Source: an uncultured Gemmatimonadales bacterium (lineage in GTDB: Bacteria > Gemmatimonadota > Gemmatimonadetes > Gemmatimonadales > GWC2-71-9). Taken from it: a stretch of DNA of 64,000 nt. Below are positions 27,838-38,437 of the stretch, piece by piece; position 1 is the first letter of the stretch; each line of letters starts with the position of its first letter. The notes beneath the pieces are model-generated. The model was not told where the DNA came from. It saw nothing but the letters and a program-made list of their open reading frames with translations, and did not search any database. The position numbers and the translations under genes were made by a program. The DNA lies in contig CAWGSK010000011.1 of assembly GCA_963825055.1 (NCBI GenBank), positions 121,479 through 185,478 of the forward strand. The letters are read 5' to 3'.

Positions 27838-28247
27838 AAATATCCTGTCGTCAGGCAGCACGATACGGCCGACGGAATGCCGGGGTGCCGGACTGCTACA
27901 CAGCGCACATATGGTGAAGGGAGTCCTGCGGAACCGCCTGGTGCGCGGGGGCGGTACGGGTCAGAAGCCCAGCCCCCGACTGCGGGGAAGGATAGTCATG
28001 GAGGCCCCCTGGCGCCATGGGTGGGTGTCGGGTGCCGGGGGATCGGGTATCACCGCCACTCCCCACCCCTGCTCCCTGCTCCCCATTTCCTGACTAACTA
28101 ATTATCTCACAGACACTTACACATCCACCGCCGGCCCCGTATGCATCTCCCCACTGGACGAGCCTCCGGCCACAGGTAGGTTAAATCACGAGGCGGCTGA
28201 ATCTACCCGGCCTCCCCACCCGCCTCTCGTGTACCGGACAGGAACAC

Positions 28248-28400
28248 ATGCTCGAACTGCAAGTCCTCGGGACGCTCGACATGTCGGGCGACACGGATCA
28301 CGCGCAAGCACTCGAGCGCTACGCGGGCGATCTCCTCCCCGCGGTGGCACGAGCGTACTCCACCCGGTGGCGGAGTGGCAACTGCAGAAAAAAGAGATGA
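28248..28400 (+). pseudogene. Internally deleted remnant of a SARP/BTAD-type transcriptional regulator
   Basis: 50-codon ORF MLELQVLGTLDMSG...QALERYAGDLLP. The N-terminal LxVLGxL motif and the BTAD-like ALxxYxGDLLP motif sit next to each other. Confidence 0.45.
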
Positions 28401-28464
28401 GAGCAGGATGGTTCAAGGAGGACATCAGGGTGACACTACGGGGCCGCTGATCCCGAGTGGAAGG

Positions 28465-28487
28465 TCCGGCGGTGAAACACCGCCGGA
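28465..28487. other. Perfect 10-bp hairpin
   Basis: TCCGGCGGTG-AAA-CACCGCCGGA, just upstream of repeat copy 2. Confidence 0.6.
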
Positions 28488-28505
28488 ACCGCCGGGAATC
28501 GAGAA

Positions 28506-28561
28506 TCGGGAAGATCCCAACCCCGAAGCACTAATCACTAACCACTAATCACCAGACATTA
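28506..28561 (+). repeat. ~57-bp direct repeat, copy 2
   Basis: TCGGGAAGATCCCAACCCCGAAGCACTAATCACTAACCACTAATCACCAGACATTA. Confidence 0.8.
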
Positions 28562-28594
28562 CTCCCCAGTCACCACCCCCTACCCCTTCCCCGA

Positions 28595-28678
28595 TCACCA
28601 GCCACCGGTCACTATTCACTAGTCACTAGTCACTAGTCACTAGTCACTAGTCACTATTCGCTATTCGCTTCTCGCATT
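28595..28678 (+). repeat. Heptamer tandem repeat (TCACTAG)n
   Basis: Five perfect TCACTAG units at 28616-28650, flanked by in-register degenerate units (TCACCAG, CCACCGG, TCACTAT, TCGCTAT, TCGCTTC). Confidence 0.95.
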
Positions 28679-28692
28679 CTCCGGAGACTCTC

Positions 28693-29643
28693 ATGGCCGG
28701 CCAGAAGACCATCGTCGTCGTCGGCGCCACGGGCGCGCAGGGCGGCGGCCTCGCGCGCGCGATCCTGGACAACCCTGATGGACCCTTCCGCCTTCGCGCC
28801 CTGACCCGCAAGCCCGGATCCGCGCGGGCCCGGGAACTCGCCGGACGCGGCGCCGATGTCGTACAGGCGGACCTGGATGACCAGAACAGCCTTGCGAAGG
28901 CGTTCAGCGGGGCCTGGGGCGCCTACTGCGTCACGAACTACTGGGAACACATGGACCCGGAGAAGGAAACGACACAGGGAAAGCATCTTGCCGCCGCGGC
29001 GGCGGAGGCAGGCCTCCAGCACGCCATCTGGTCCACCTTCGAGGACACCCGCGAGCGCGTCCCCCTCGATGACGACCGGATGCCTACGCTCATGGGGAAG
29101 TACAAGGTCCCCCACTTCGACGCTAAGGCGATGGCGAACCACTTCTTCACCGATGCCGGCGTCCCCACGACGTTCTTGCTCACGTCGTTCTACTGGGACA
29201 ACATGATCCACTTCGGTACCGGACCACAGCGCGGCCCGGACGGGGTGCTGACCCTCACCATGCCCATGGGCGAGGGGAAGCTGCCCGGCATCGCGGCGGG
29301 CGACATCGGCGGCTGCGCGTACGGCATCTTCGGGAAGCGTGACCACTACGTGGGAAAGACCGTGGGGATCGCAGGCGAGCAGCTGACCGGCGCCGCGATG
29401 GCTGCCGGCCTGACCGAAGTCCTCGGTGAGGAGGTCCGCTACAACGCCATCCCGGCCGACGTCTACCGCGGGTTCGGTTTCCCGGGCGCGGACGACATGG
29501 GCAACATGTTTCAGTACAAGCGGGATTTCAACGAGGAGTACTGCCGCGTCCGGAGCGTGGAGGAGTCACGGGAGCTGAACCCGCGGCTCCAGACGTATCG
29601 GGACTGGCTTTCCCGCCACGCGAAGCAAATACCGCTCGGCTGA
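28693..29643 (+). CDS. NmrA/HSCARG-family NAD(P)-binding protein
   Basis: VVGATGAQGG, VTNYWE, KVPHFDAK, SFYWDN. Confidence 0.92.
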   Translation: MAGQKTIVVVGATGAQGGGLARAILDNPDGPFRLRALTRKPGSARARELAGRGADVVQADLDDQNSLAKAFSGAWGAYCVTNYWEHMDPEKETTQGKHLAAAAAEAGLQHAIWSTFEDTRERVPLDDDRMPTLMGKYKVPHFDAKAMANHFFTDAGVPTTFLLTSFYWDNMIHFGTGPQRGPDGVLTLTMPMGEGKLPGIAAGDIGGCAYGIFGKRDHYVGKTVGIAGEQLTGAAMAAGLTEVLGEEVRYNAIPADVYRGFGFPGADDMGNMFQYKRDFNEEYCRVRSVEESRELNPRLQTYRDWLSRHAKQIPLG

Positions 29644-29736
29644 CCGGTGCGCCCGGCGCCGGGCCCTCTCTGGCGCCGGACGCCCCCGGCCCCTACCGTG
29701 CAGCGTTACCCACTCCCCATACCCAAGGATGGCACC

Positions 29737-30153
29737 ATGCGTATCAGGGCCCTGAGCGTTCTCGCCACCGGCGCATGCCTGCTGGCCGGATGCTATCATG
29801 CCACCATCACCACCGGTGCCACGCCGTCGAGCGTGACCATCGACCACAAGTGGGCCTCAAGCTGGATCTACGGGCTCGTGCCGCCCGCCACGGTGGAGAC
29901 GGCACAACAGTGCCCCGCCGGCGTCGCCAGGGTGGAAACGCGACTCAGTTTCCTCAACCAGCTGGTCGGCCTGCTCACCATCGGGATCTACACGCCGATG
30001 GACATCCGTGTCACCTGCGCGGAGGAGGCCCCGATGGAGAGCGCGATTCTCCTCCAGGATGCGGACCCCGCAACGTGGGCAGGTGCGCTGGACGAGGCCG
30101 CGCTGCGGTCACGCGTGGCCCGGCGCCCCGTGTATATCGTGGCTGGAGAGTAA
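29737..30153 (+). CDS. Bor/Iss-like lipoprotein
   Basis: Lipobox LAGC, WIYGLVPP, CP.GVA.VET..SFLN, LTIGIYTPM...VTC. Confidence 0.75.
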   Translation: MRIRALSVLATGACLLAGCYHATITTGATPSSVTIDHKWASSWIYGLVPPATVETAQQCPAGVARVETRLSFLNQLVGLLTIGIYTPMDIRVTCAEEAPMESAILLQDADPATWAGALDEAALRSRVARRPVYIVAGE

Positions 30154-30159
30154 GAAGCC

Positions 30160-33100
30160 CTATGGCGTGGCGGGCTCCCCGGCCAGCCGCGCCATCCGGG
30201 TCTTGACCTGGGTCACCATGGGCTGGAGCTCCGTGTCGGCGTTTTTCCAGAGATCGGTGAAGCGACCGTAGTAATCAAGGGCCTTTGTACGATCGCCGCG
30301 CTGCTCGTGCATCTCGCCCATCCGGCGGAGAATCATCGCACGGTATTGCGCATCATCGCCGAGTCTCCCGGTCGAGGGAACCGTGAGAAATTCCTCATAA
30401 GTGGCAATAGCGGAATCCGGCGAGCCTGCGCGGTCCCAGGCCTCGGCCAGTTCCCAGAGCAGGCAGGTCCCGCAGTGGTTCTCCTCGCGGTACCGCGTGA
30501 TCGTCCGGATGGCGGATTCCGGCCTGCCCTCGGCCAGGTCGATCCAGCTGCCGACCAGTTCCAGGGCCTCCTCTGTCCGGCGAACTGCGGCCGTGTCGGC
30601 AACCCGCCGGTATTCATCCATCAACTGCCGGGCCCGCTCGGGACGGCCAACAGTCGCGAAGAGGTACGCCGCCCCAATGTAGTTGCGGTCTTCGGGCTTC
30701 GTCCTGAGCTGAACTTCCCGGCGCCAGAGATCCTCGAGCCGTTGGTCGGCATCGGCCGGCGCATGTCCCAGGTTCAGCTGCCGCTCGAAGTCATCGAACT
30801 TCCGGCCATTCTCCAGCCACGCGTCGGAACGCTCGACCCCCCGTACCTTGCGGAACATTTCCCCGGCCCGCTCACCCCACTGCCGGCTCTCCTGCAGCCG
30901 CCCCCACGCCTCGTACACGCTGGAGAGCCGGGCATAGAGGCCTGCCTGGATCCCACTGCCCGCCGGAACGGAGTCCCGGACGAGGAGGGCGATCCGCTCG
31001 ATCTCCGGAAAGTCGGAACGGGCCACGGCCAGGGTGATCGGCATGGTCTGCCGCAACGGAGCGGAGGGGAAGGAATCGTCCAGCAACCTGAGGGTTGATT
31101 CCGCGGCCGCGAACCTTCCCTGCCGCGCCTGGACGCTGGCCAGGTTGGCATATGCGAGCGCTCCGGTCCCTCCCGCCGCGATGACCCGCCGTTCGGCCGC
31201 CTCGGCTTCCGCATACCGCCCCTGGTTGCTGTACACCAGCCCGATGTTGTTCAGCGCCGTCATGTCCTCGGGGTATTTATCGAGCAGGCTGCGGTAGGCA
31301 TCGATGGCCAGGACGGGTTCATCAGTCACGAGCCAGTGGTAGGTCGCCACCACCTGAAGCCGTTCCCGCTCGCCCAGCCGGTCACGGAGGGTGTAGGCCC
31401 GGGTCGCCGCCGAGTCCGACAACTCGCCCTGGGCGGCGTTGCTGGCGAAGGCGGCGAGACGGCGCCATGCCATGGCGAAATTGCTGTCGAGCGCCACGGC
31501 CTGGCGCAGCAACTCCACTGCCCGGCGGTAGTCCTGCTCATTCGTGCCGACCTTGGTCGCCTGGGTGTAAAGGCGCAGCGCCTCCGTGGAGCGCGTGGTG
31601 ATACGCTCCAGCGGCGCGTCGGCGCGTACGTCCCGGAGTGATTCGCCAATCCGCTCGCGAAGGGCGGCGGAGAGCCGGTCGACCGCTCCCACCACGTCCT
31701 CGGGCGCATTGGCGGTTTCCCGCCCCGCGAAGAGCGCGTCGCCCGAGCCCGCGGCGACCAGGCGGGTCGAGATGATGAACCCGTTGCCGAGGGTGCGGAC
31801 ATCGCCCGTCACGTAGGCCTTGATACCTTCGCGGGTGGCGATTTCCCGCGCAAGGGGCTCGCCGATGGCGCTGTCGCCGCGCTCCATCCGCCGGAGCACC
31901 TCCAGCACCTGGGACGGCTCCATGAGGTTGATCGCGCGAGACTCCGAGAGGTCGATCCGGAACAGCTCGGTAATCGTGCTGCCGAGGGTGCTGTCGGCCG
32001 TACGATTGTCGAAGTCGGCGAGCAGCAGCCGGTCCTCGCCGCTCAGCACGCCCGAGGCGAGCAGGGTCCCCACCGGGCCGATGCCGAGGAGACGCATGGC
32101 CATGTAGACGCCCGTGGCGAGGGCAAGCACCCCGAAAGCCGCCCCCCCGCCCCACAACGCCTTCCGCCAGGTCGCAAGCCCCGGGAGCCCGGTCGGAGTC
32201 GCGGCGTACGTACCCGTCATCCGCGCCATGGCCCGCTGGCGCTCGTGGCGGGCGGTGATCATCATGATCGGCACACCCGCGGCCATCAGGGCCACCGCGC
32301 CGGGGAAGACCCATCCCGGCAAGCCGAGCTGCATCATCAGGAAGTACGCAACGCCGAGCACCGCGACCGCGGCCAGAGCGTAAAGGCCCAGCACCCGCAC
32401 CGGGTGGCTCTTCCGGTAATCGTGCTCCGCACTCACTGCCGGCACCGGAACCGTGCCCGTGGGAGTCATCCCGCCGGTCGGGGTCATCAGTCCGCCGAGG
32501 GCCGGCATCAGTTCGTCGGCCGTCTGCCACCGGTCAGCCGGGCGCTTCTCCAGGCAGCGCATGACGAGGTCCGCCATGGCGGGCGGCACTGCCGGCCGGC
32601 GCCGGATGAGCGGCTCCGGTGTCTGGGTCACGTGCGCGGCGAGGACGGACTGCGGGGTCGGACCAGTGAACGGCGGCAGTCCGGTGAGCATCTCGTACGC
32701 CAGGGCCCCGACCGCGTAGATGTCGGCGCGGTGATCCGTGTGCGGATCGGCCGCGGCCTGTTCGGGCGACATGTAGGCCGGGGTGCCCAGCGCGACCCCG
32801 AGCGACGTGAGGGAGGAACCGCCCTCGCCGCTCGAGGCGCTGACCGCCTTGGCCACCCCGAAGTCGGTCACCAGGGCGTGGTTGCCCGCCAGCATCACGT
32901 TGTCCGGCTTGATGTCGCGGTGGACCACGCCGCGCTTGTGGGCGGCGGCGAGCGCATCCACGACGTCGCGGAGGATCCTGGCGGCCTCGGTGATGGGCAG
33001 TTCGCCCTCGCGGGCCAGCCGGGCCCGGAGGGACTCGCCCTCGATGTACGGCATGACGTAATACAGCAGGTCGCCGGCGGCGCCGGCGGTGAGGAGCGGG

Positions 33101-33327
33101 ACGATGTGCGGGTGCTGGAGCGACGCCGCCAGCCGGATCTCGCGCTGGAACCGTTCCCGGTTCACCCCCGCGGACATGTCCGGCGGGAGCACCTTGATCA
33201 CCACCTGGCGGCCGAGCTCGACTTCCTCGGCGAGGAAGACACGGCTCATGCCACCGCCGCCCAGCTCCTTGATGAGCCGGTAGGTCGGTGCCAGGGCATC
33301 GTTCAGCCGGGCAAACAGATCGTCCAT
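30160..33327 (-). CDS. Ser/Thr protein kinase with TM segments and C-terminal TPR repeats
   Basis: LGGGGMSRV, VVIK, HRDIKPDN, DFG, GTPAYMSPEQ; three hydrophobic helices; TPR-like helical C-terminus. Confidence 0.92.
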   Translation of the reverse strand: MDDLFARLNDALAPTYRLIKELGGGGMSRVFLAEEVELGRQVVIKVLPPDMSAGVNRERFQREIRLAASLQHPHIVPLLTAGAAGDLLYYVMPYIEGESLRARLAREGELPITEAARILRDVVDALAAAHKRGVVHRDIKPDNVMLAGNHALVTDFGVAKAVSASSGEGGSSLTSLGVALGTPAYMSPEQAAADPHTDHRADIYAVGALAYEMLTGLPPFTGPTPQSVLAAHVTQTPEPLIRRRPAVPPAMADLVMRCLEKRPADRWQTADELMPALGGLMTPTGGMTPTGTVPVPAVSAEHDYRKSHPVRVLGLYALAAVAVLGVAYFLMMQLGLPGWVFPGAVALMAAGVPIMMITARHERQRAMARMTGTYAATPTGLPGLATWRKALWGGGAAFGVLALATGVYMAMRLLGIGPVGTLLASGVLSGEDRLLLADFDNRTADSTLGSTITELFRIDLSESRAINLMEPSQVLEVLRRMERGDSAIGEPLAREIATREGIKAYVTGDVRTLGNGFIISTRLVAAGSGDALFAGRETANAPEDVVGAVDRLSAALRERIGESLRDVRADAPLERITTRSTEALRLYTQATKVGTNEQDYRRAVELLRQAVALDSNFAMAWRRLAAFASNAAQGELSDSAATRAYTLRDRLGERERLQVVATYHWLVTDEPVLAIDAYRSLLDKYPEDMTALNNIGLVYSNQGRYAEAEAAERRVIAAGGTGALAYANLASVQARQGRFAAAESTLRLLDDSFPSAPLRQTMPITLAVARSDFPEIERIALLVRDSVPAGSGIQAGLYARLSSVYEAWGRLQESRQWGERAGEMFRKVRGVERSDAWLENGRKFDDFERQLNLGHAPADADQRLEDLWRREVQLRTKPEDRNYIGAAYLFATVGRPERARQLMDEYRRVADTAAVRRTEEALELVGSWIDLAEGRPESAIRTITRYREENHCGTCLLWELAEAWDRAGSPDSAIATYEEFLTVPSTGRLGDDAQYRAMILRRMGEMHEQRGDRTKALDYYGRFTDLWKNADTELQPMVTQVKTRMARLAGEPATP

Positions 33328-33557
33328 GGGTCCTGGTGGTGGGAGGTCCTGCAAGATACGCGATTCGGCCGGCGGCGCGAACGGCAACTGGCCCCCAGGG
33401 GTCCATTGCCCTATCGTTGACGGGCACCTTTCCCGTACACGATACGACATCCAGCCCGGGACTCGCGCCTCCGGCTGGACGACCCGGCGCCACCGCTGCG
33501 GCCCATGCCGCGGCAAGCTCCGGGCTTTCCTGCACCTGCGCCTCGGGAGAATCGCCA

Positions 33558-36264
33558 GTGTCTGAAACGATCGGCAGGCTTGGGACGGCCCTCGCCGGCC
33601 GGTACGCGATCGAGCGCGAGGTCGGGGCCGGCGGCATGGCCACCGTCTACCTGGCGCATGACGTCCGGCATGACCGCCGGGTCGCCCTGAAGGTGCTGCG
33701 CCCGGAGCTTGCGGCGGTCATCGGGGCGGAGCGCTTCCTGGCCGAGATCAAGACCACGGCGAACCTCCAGCATCCGCATATTCTGGCTCTCTTCGATTCG
33801 GGCGAGGCCGACGGCTTTCTGTTCTATGTGATGCCGTTCATCGAAGGAGAGAGCCTGCGCGACCGGCTCACCCGCGAGACCCAGCTCCCCATCGCCGATG
33901 CCGTCCGGATTACAACGGAGGTGGCGAGCGCACTCGACTATGCCCACCGCCATGGCGTGATCCATCGCGACATCAAGCCGGAGAATATCCTGCTCCACGA
34001 CGGACAGGCCCTGGTGTCGGACTTCGGCATTGCGCTCGCGGTCAGCAGCGCCGGCAGTACCCGGATGACCGAAACCGGCATGAGCCTCGGCACGCCGTTC
34101 TACATGTCGCCGGAGCAGGCGATGGGGGAGCGCGAAATCACCGCGCGGAGCGACGTCTATGCGCTGGGCGCCGTGCTCTACGAGATGCTGACCGGGGAGC
34201 CGCCGTTCACCGGCCCGACGGCGCAGGCGATCATCGCCAAGGTCGTTACCGAAGAACCCCGCCCCCTGATGCCCAAGCGGCATACGATCCCCCCGCACCT
34301 CGAGGCGGCCGTGCTGACCGCGCTCGAGAAACTGGCTGCCGACCGGTTCGCCAGCGCCGCGGAGTTTGCGGCGGCCCTTAAGGATCCGGGTTACCGCGGG
34401 GCGACGGCCACCCTGGCCGTGCCGGCGGCTGCGGCCCGGGCCGCCCGGCGCCCGGCAGGGCACCCGCTCGTGGTGGCCGCGGCACTCGATGGCCGGCCTG
34501 GTGCTCGGCGCCGGGCTCCTCGCGTTACTCCGCCCCCGCCCCCGGCCCCAGGTCATCCGCTATGGCCTGTCCATGCCGGCGTCACAGGCACCCGATCCAG
34601 CCTGGGGTGCCGTCCCTTCACCCGACGGCTCACGGATTGCCTACGTGGGGGCTGCGGACAAGCAGCTCTGGATCAAGGATCGCGACCGGTACGAGGCCCG
34701 GCCGCTCGCGGGCTCGTATGGCGCGGTCAATTTCACATGGTCGCCGGACGGCGAGTGGATCGCCTTCCTGTCCGGGCGCGAGGTACGGAAGCTGCCGATC
34801 ATGGGCGGGGCCCCGGTCACCATCGCCGACTCCGCGTCGGGAAACACCGGGCTGGCCTGGCTGGATGACGGGACCATCGTCTACATCCGCGCCGGGGGTA
34901 CCGGATTCCGGCGCGTACCCGCAAGCGGCGGGGGCTCGACCGAGATCTACGCCGACAGCGGGAACCTCGAGAAGGTCACTCCCCTGCCGGACAGTCGAGG
35001 GGTGCTCTTCATCCGGTGCAGCGGGAGCTGCGTCACCTCGCAGGAACTGTGGGCCCTCGACCTGCGCAACGGAACGGCGCACCAGGTCCTGCCGGGCATT
35101 GCCTTCGGACAGTACCTGCGGACCGGCCATCTCATGGCCATCCGGCGCGACGGCGCGATGTTCGTGGTGCCGTTCGACCGGAAGCGGCTGCTCACGACCG
35201 GATCGCCGATCCCCGTCGTCGACAGCATCTCCGTGGTGAACGGCGTGCTCCCGCTGGTCGCGGTGTCCGCGAATGGCACGCTGGTCATGCGGCAGGGCGC
35301 GGCGCTCTCCCTCCTGCAATGGTACCAGATGGTCTGGATCGACCGCACCGGCCGCGAAACCGATGTCGACCCCTCCTGGCGGTTCCGGTTCACCAACTAC
35401 GGCGCCAACTACGGCTGGTCCCTGTCGCCGGACGGGACTCGACTCGCCATCGGCCTCTTCACCGATGCCGGGGACGACATCTGGGTGAAACAGCTGCCCC
35501 GGGGCCCCCTGTCCCGGGTGTCCTATGACAGCGCCTCGGAATTCCGCCCCCGCTGGATGCCCGACGGACGCAGTGTGATGTTCGGCTCCAATCGCCAGGG
35601 AACACAGGGGATCGGGGGGCTGTACATGCGGCGCGCGGACGGGACGGGAGAGGACTCCCTGCTCCGGCGCGCACCGGCGGGCATCTTCGAGGCCGACTGG
35701 TCCCCGGACCGGACGTGGCTGCTCTTCCGCACCGGCGGCACGATCGGCCTCTCGGGAGGCCGCGACATCGTCGGCCTGCGCCCCGGTATCGACAGTGCAC
35801 CGGTGCCGGTGGTCGCGACCAGATACGACGAAGAAGCCATCGCGATTTCACCGAACGGTCGCTGGCTGGCGTATGAGTCGAACGAGACGGGCCGGACCGA
35901 GATCTTCATCCGGCCGTTCCCGAACACCCAGGCCGGCAAGCGGCAGGTCTCCAACGGCGGGGGCGTGGCGCCGCTCTGGAGCCGGAACGCCCGGGAGCTG
36001 TTCTATCTCAGCCCCACCCGCGACATGATGGCGGTGAGTGTTGCAGGAACGGACGAGCCGCAGCTCGGCGAGCGGCAGACCCTGTTTCACCTGGACGACC
36101 GGATCTACATGTCCAACTCAGAGTTCTACACGCCGTACGATGTCGCGCCCGACGGCCGCTTCATCATGGCCCGCAACGTGACCGAGGCCTCGAAGATCGA
36201 GGTGCCGCTGATCGTGGTCGAGAACTGGTTCGAGGAACTGCGCCAGAAGACCCGCGGCCAGTAG
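33558..36264 (+). pseudogene. Ser/Thr protein kinase + TM + TolB/PD40 beta-propeller, split by a frameshift near 34488
   Basis: Kinase motifs (GAGGMATV, VALK, HRDIKPEN, DFG) in ORF 33288-34868. The TM and SPDG repeats continue in ORF 34366-36264. The TM helix HPLVVAAAL|MAGLVLGAGLL is broken across frames. Confidence 0.75.
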
Positions 36265-36284
36265 ACGCCGCGGCCGGCACGCCT

Positions 36285-36581
36285 TCACCCCCCGGCCACG
36301 GCGCCGACAATCAGGAACGGCTCCTCCCCCCGCACCACCGCTTCCGGCATCGGCGCGTCGGCATCTTCATGCGACAAGTCCCGGGCGCACGCGAAAAACC
36401 GGAGGAACGGCCGGCGCTTTCCGCTGGACTGGTCGCGAATCGTACCCCGCAGCACGGGATAGCGCGCCTCCAGCGCGTCCAGGATGGCGGCGCGGGTGAC
36501 CGGCGCGGCCAGATCCAGTTCGACCTCGCCCTGAATCTGTGCGAGCGCCTGGAGCGGGTAGGGCAGTCCGACCCGGATCAC
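36285..36581 (-). CDS. MoaD/ThiS-family ubiquitin-like protein
   Basis: [27 protein letters not shown]-terminal AVAGG. Confidence 0.88.
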   Translation of the reverse strand: MIRVGLPYPLQALAQIQGEVELDLAAPVTRAAILDALEARYPVLRGTIRDQSSGKRRPFLRFFACARDLSHEDADAPMPEAVVRGEEPFLIVGAVAGG

Positions 36582-37696
36582 GACGGCAGCGTCTGCACTT
36601 CGACCGAGAGCACGGCCGGCAGGTCCCGCACAATCGGCTCCCAGCTGTCCCCGGCGTCGGCGGACGCGTACACCTGGCCGCCGGTAGTACCGAAGTAGAT
36701 CCCGCAGTCATCCAGGGTATCGACAGCCATCGCGTCCCGCAGCACGTTCACGTAGCAGTCCTGCTGGGGCAGCCCCTTCGTGAGCGCCTCCCACTCGTTG
36801 CCTCCCGCCCTGCTCCGGTACACGCGCAACTTCCCTTCGGGCGGATAGTGCTCGCTGTCGCTCTTGATGGGAACGACGTACACGGTCTCGGGCTCATGGG
36901 CATGAATGCCGATGGGGAATCCGAAGTCGCTGGGCAGGTTGCCGCTCACTTCATGCCACGAATCGCCGGCATCGTCGCTCCGCATGACATCCCAGTGCTT
37001 CTGCATGAAGAGCACGTTCGGCCGGGACGGATGCATGGCGATCCGGTGCACACAGTGGCCCACTTCGGCCTCGGGCTCCGGCATGAACTCCGAGCGGAGC
37101 CCACGGTTGATGGGGGTCCAGGTCTTCCCGGCGTCATCCGTCCGGAACGCGCCGGCCGCCGAGATCGCGATGAAGATGCGGTCAGGCCTGGAGGGATCGA
37201 GCAGGATGGTGTGCAGGCACATGCCGCCGGCGCCGGGCTGCCACCGGGGCCCCGACCCGTGCTTCCTCAGGCCGGAGACTTCTTCCCAGGAGGTGCCGCC
37301 GTCCGTCGTCCGGAAAAGGGCAGCGTCCTCCACCCCGGCATAGACGATGTCGGGATCGGTCAAGGCGGGCTCGAAGTGCCACACCCGCTTGAACTCCCAC
37401 GGATGCGGAGTACCGTCGTACCACTGGTGGGTCCCGGGAACGCCATCGTACGCGAATTCGTTACCGACCGTCTCCCAGGTCTTTCCGCCATCGCTCGACC
37501 GCTGCACGACCTGGCCGAACCACCCGCTGCTCTGGGAGGCGTACAGCCGGTCAGGATCAGCCGGAGACCCCTTCACGTGGTAAATCTCCCAGCCGGGAAA
37601 ATGCGGCCCGCTCACCTTCCAGTCCCTCCGCCGTCCGTCCGCCTCCAGAATGAATGCCCCCTTGCGTGTCCCAACCAGCAACCGGACCCGGCTCAT
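36578..37696 (-). CDS. BNR/Asp-box beta-propeller protein (often labelled exo-alpha-sialidase)
   Basis: [15 protein letters not shown], repeated (S/T)xDxGx[18 protein letters not shown]. No signal peptide. GGAGG RBS. Confidence 0.9.
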   Translation of the reverse strand: MSRVRLLVGTRKGAFILEADGRRRDWKVSGPHFPGWEIYHVKGSPADPDRLYASQSSGWFGQVVQRSSDGGKTWETVGNEFAYDGVPGTHQWYDGTPHPWEFKRVWHFEPALTDPDIVYAGVEDAALFRTTDGGTSWEEVSGLRKHGSGPRWQPGAGGMCLHTILLDPSRPDRIFIAISAAGAFRTDDAGKTWTPINRGLRSEFMPEPEAEVGHCVHRIAMHPSRPNVLFMQKHWDVMRSDDAGDSWHEVSGNLPSDFGFPIGIHAHEPETVYVVPIKSDSEHYPPEGKLRVYRSRAGGNEWEALTKGLPQQDCYVNVLRDAMAVDTLDDCGIYFGTTGGQVYASADAGDSWEPIVRDLPAVLSVEVQTLPS

Positions 37697-37888
37697 GCTG
37701 CCTCCTGTTCTTTTTGGTGGGCGCCCCGTGGGCGCACGTCGCGCTCGTCCCGCTCCCCTTCGACGATCGGCGGCCTCCCGAATCGACATGGCGCCGCGCG
37801 CGCCGGCCGTGAGGCCAATACGGGGTGCCATGGGCGGGGCCCGGATGATACGTTGCGATGGCCAACCCTGACCAGCAGCCGGGCATGC

Positions 37889-38386
37889 ATGGACGTTCAG
37901 CTCCGCAGTATCCTCCTGGGAACTTCCGGGCTGGGCGTCGTGGCCGCCATCTCCCTGGCCCTGGCCCGATCCGGCCCGCACCCTGAGCACCGCGGGCCAT
38001 TCGCGACCGTGCGACGCCTTGGGTGGCTCGCGGTGGCGGCCCAGGCGCTGCACTTCGGGGAGGAATGGCTCGGCGGGTTTCCCGACCGGTTCCCCGCCCT
38101 GCTCGGGCTTGCCGCGTGGCCTCCGGGATTCTTCGTGACGCTCAACCTGGCATGGCTCGCGGCCTGGATCCTGGCCCTCGTACGGCCCCGCGCGTGGCCC
38201 GGATTCACACTGTTCGCCCTCTGGTTCCTGGCCCTCGCCGGCATCGTGAACGGGGTCGCGCATCCCATGCTGGCTCTGGCCGGCGGCGGCTACTTCCCGG
38301 GCCTCTGGACATCCCTGCTCGTTGGACCAGCCGGGGTGCTCCTCCTGCTGGCCCTCGGCCGGCATCGAAGCACGGTCGCAACCTGA
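37889..38386 (+). CDS. HXXEE-domain membrane protein
   Basis: [25 protein letters not shown]; multiple TM helices. Confidence 0.75.
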   Translation: MDVQLRSILLGTSGLGVVAAISLALARSGPHPEHRGPFATVRRLGWLAVAAQALHFGEEWLGGFPDRFPALLGLAAWPPGFFVTLNLAWLAAWILALVRPRAWPGFTLFALWFLALAGIVNGVAHPMLALAGGGYFPGLWTSLLVGPAGVLLLLALGRHRSTVAT

Positions 38387-38437
38387 CCGGTCAGGCCTGA
38401 TCGAGACACCCCCGCAACCCTTACCTGGAGACCAGCA

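Noticed and set aside
28520..28680. CRISPR array
   Set aside because: The units are contiguous 7-mers with no unique spacers, and no cas genes are present.
29737..30153. Bor lipoprotein as a prophage marker
   Set aside because: Isolated gene among chromosomal genes; no phage context.
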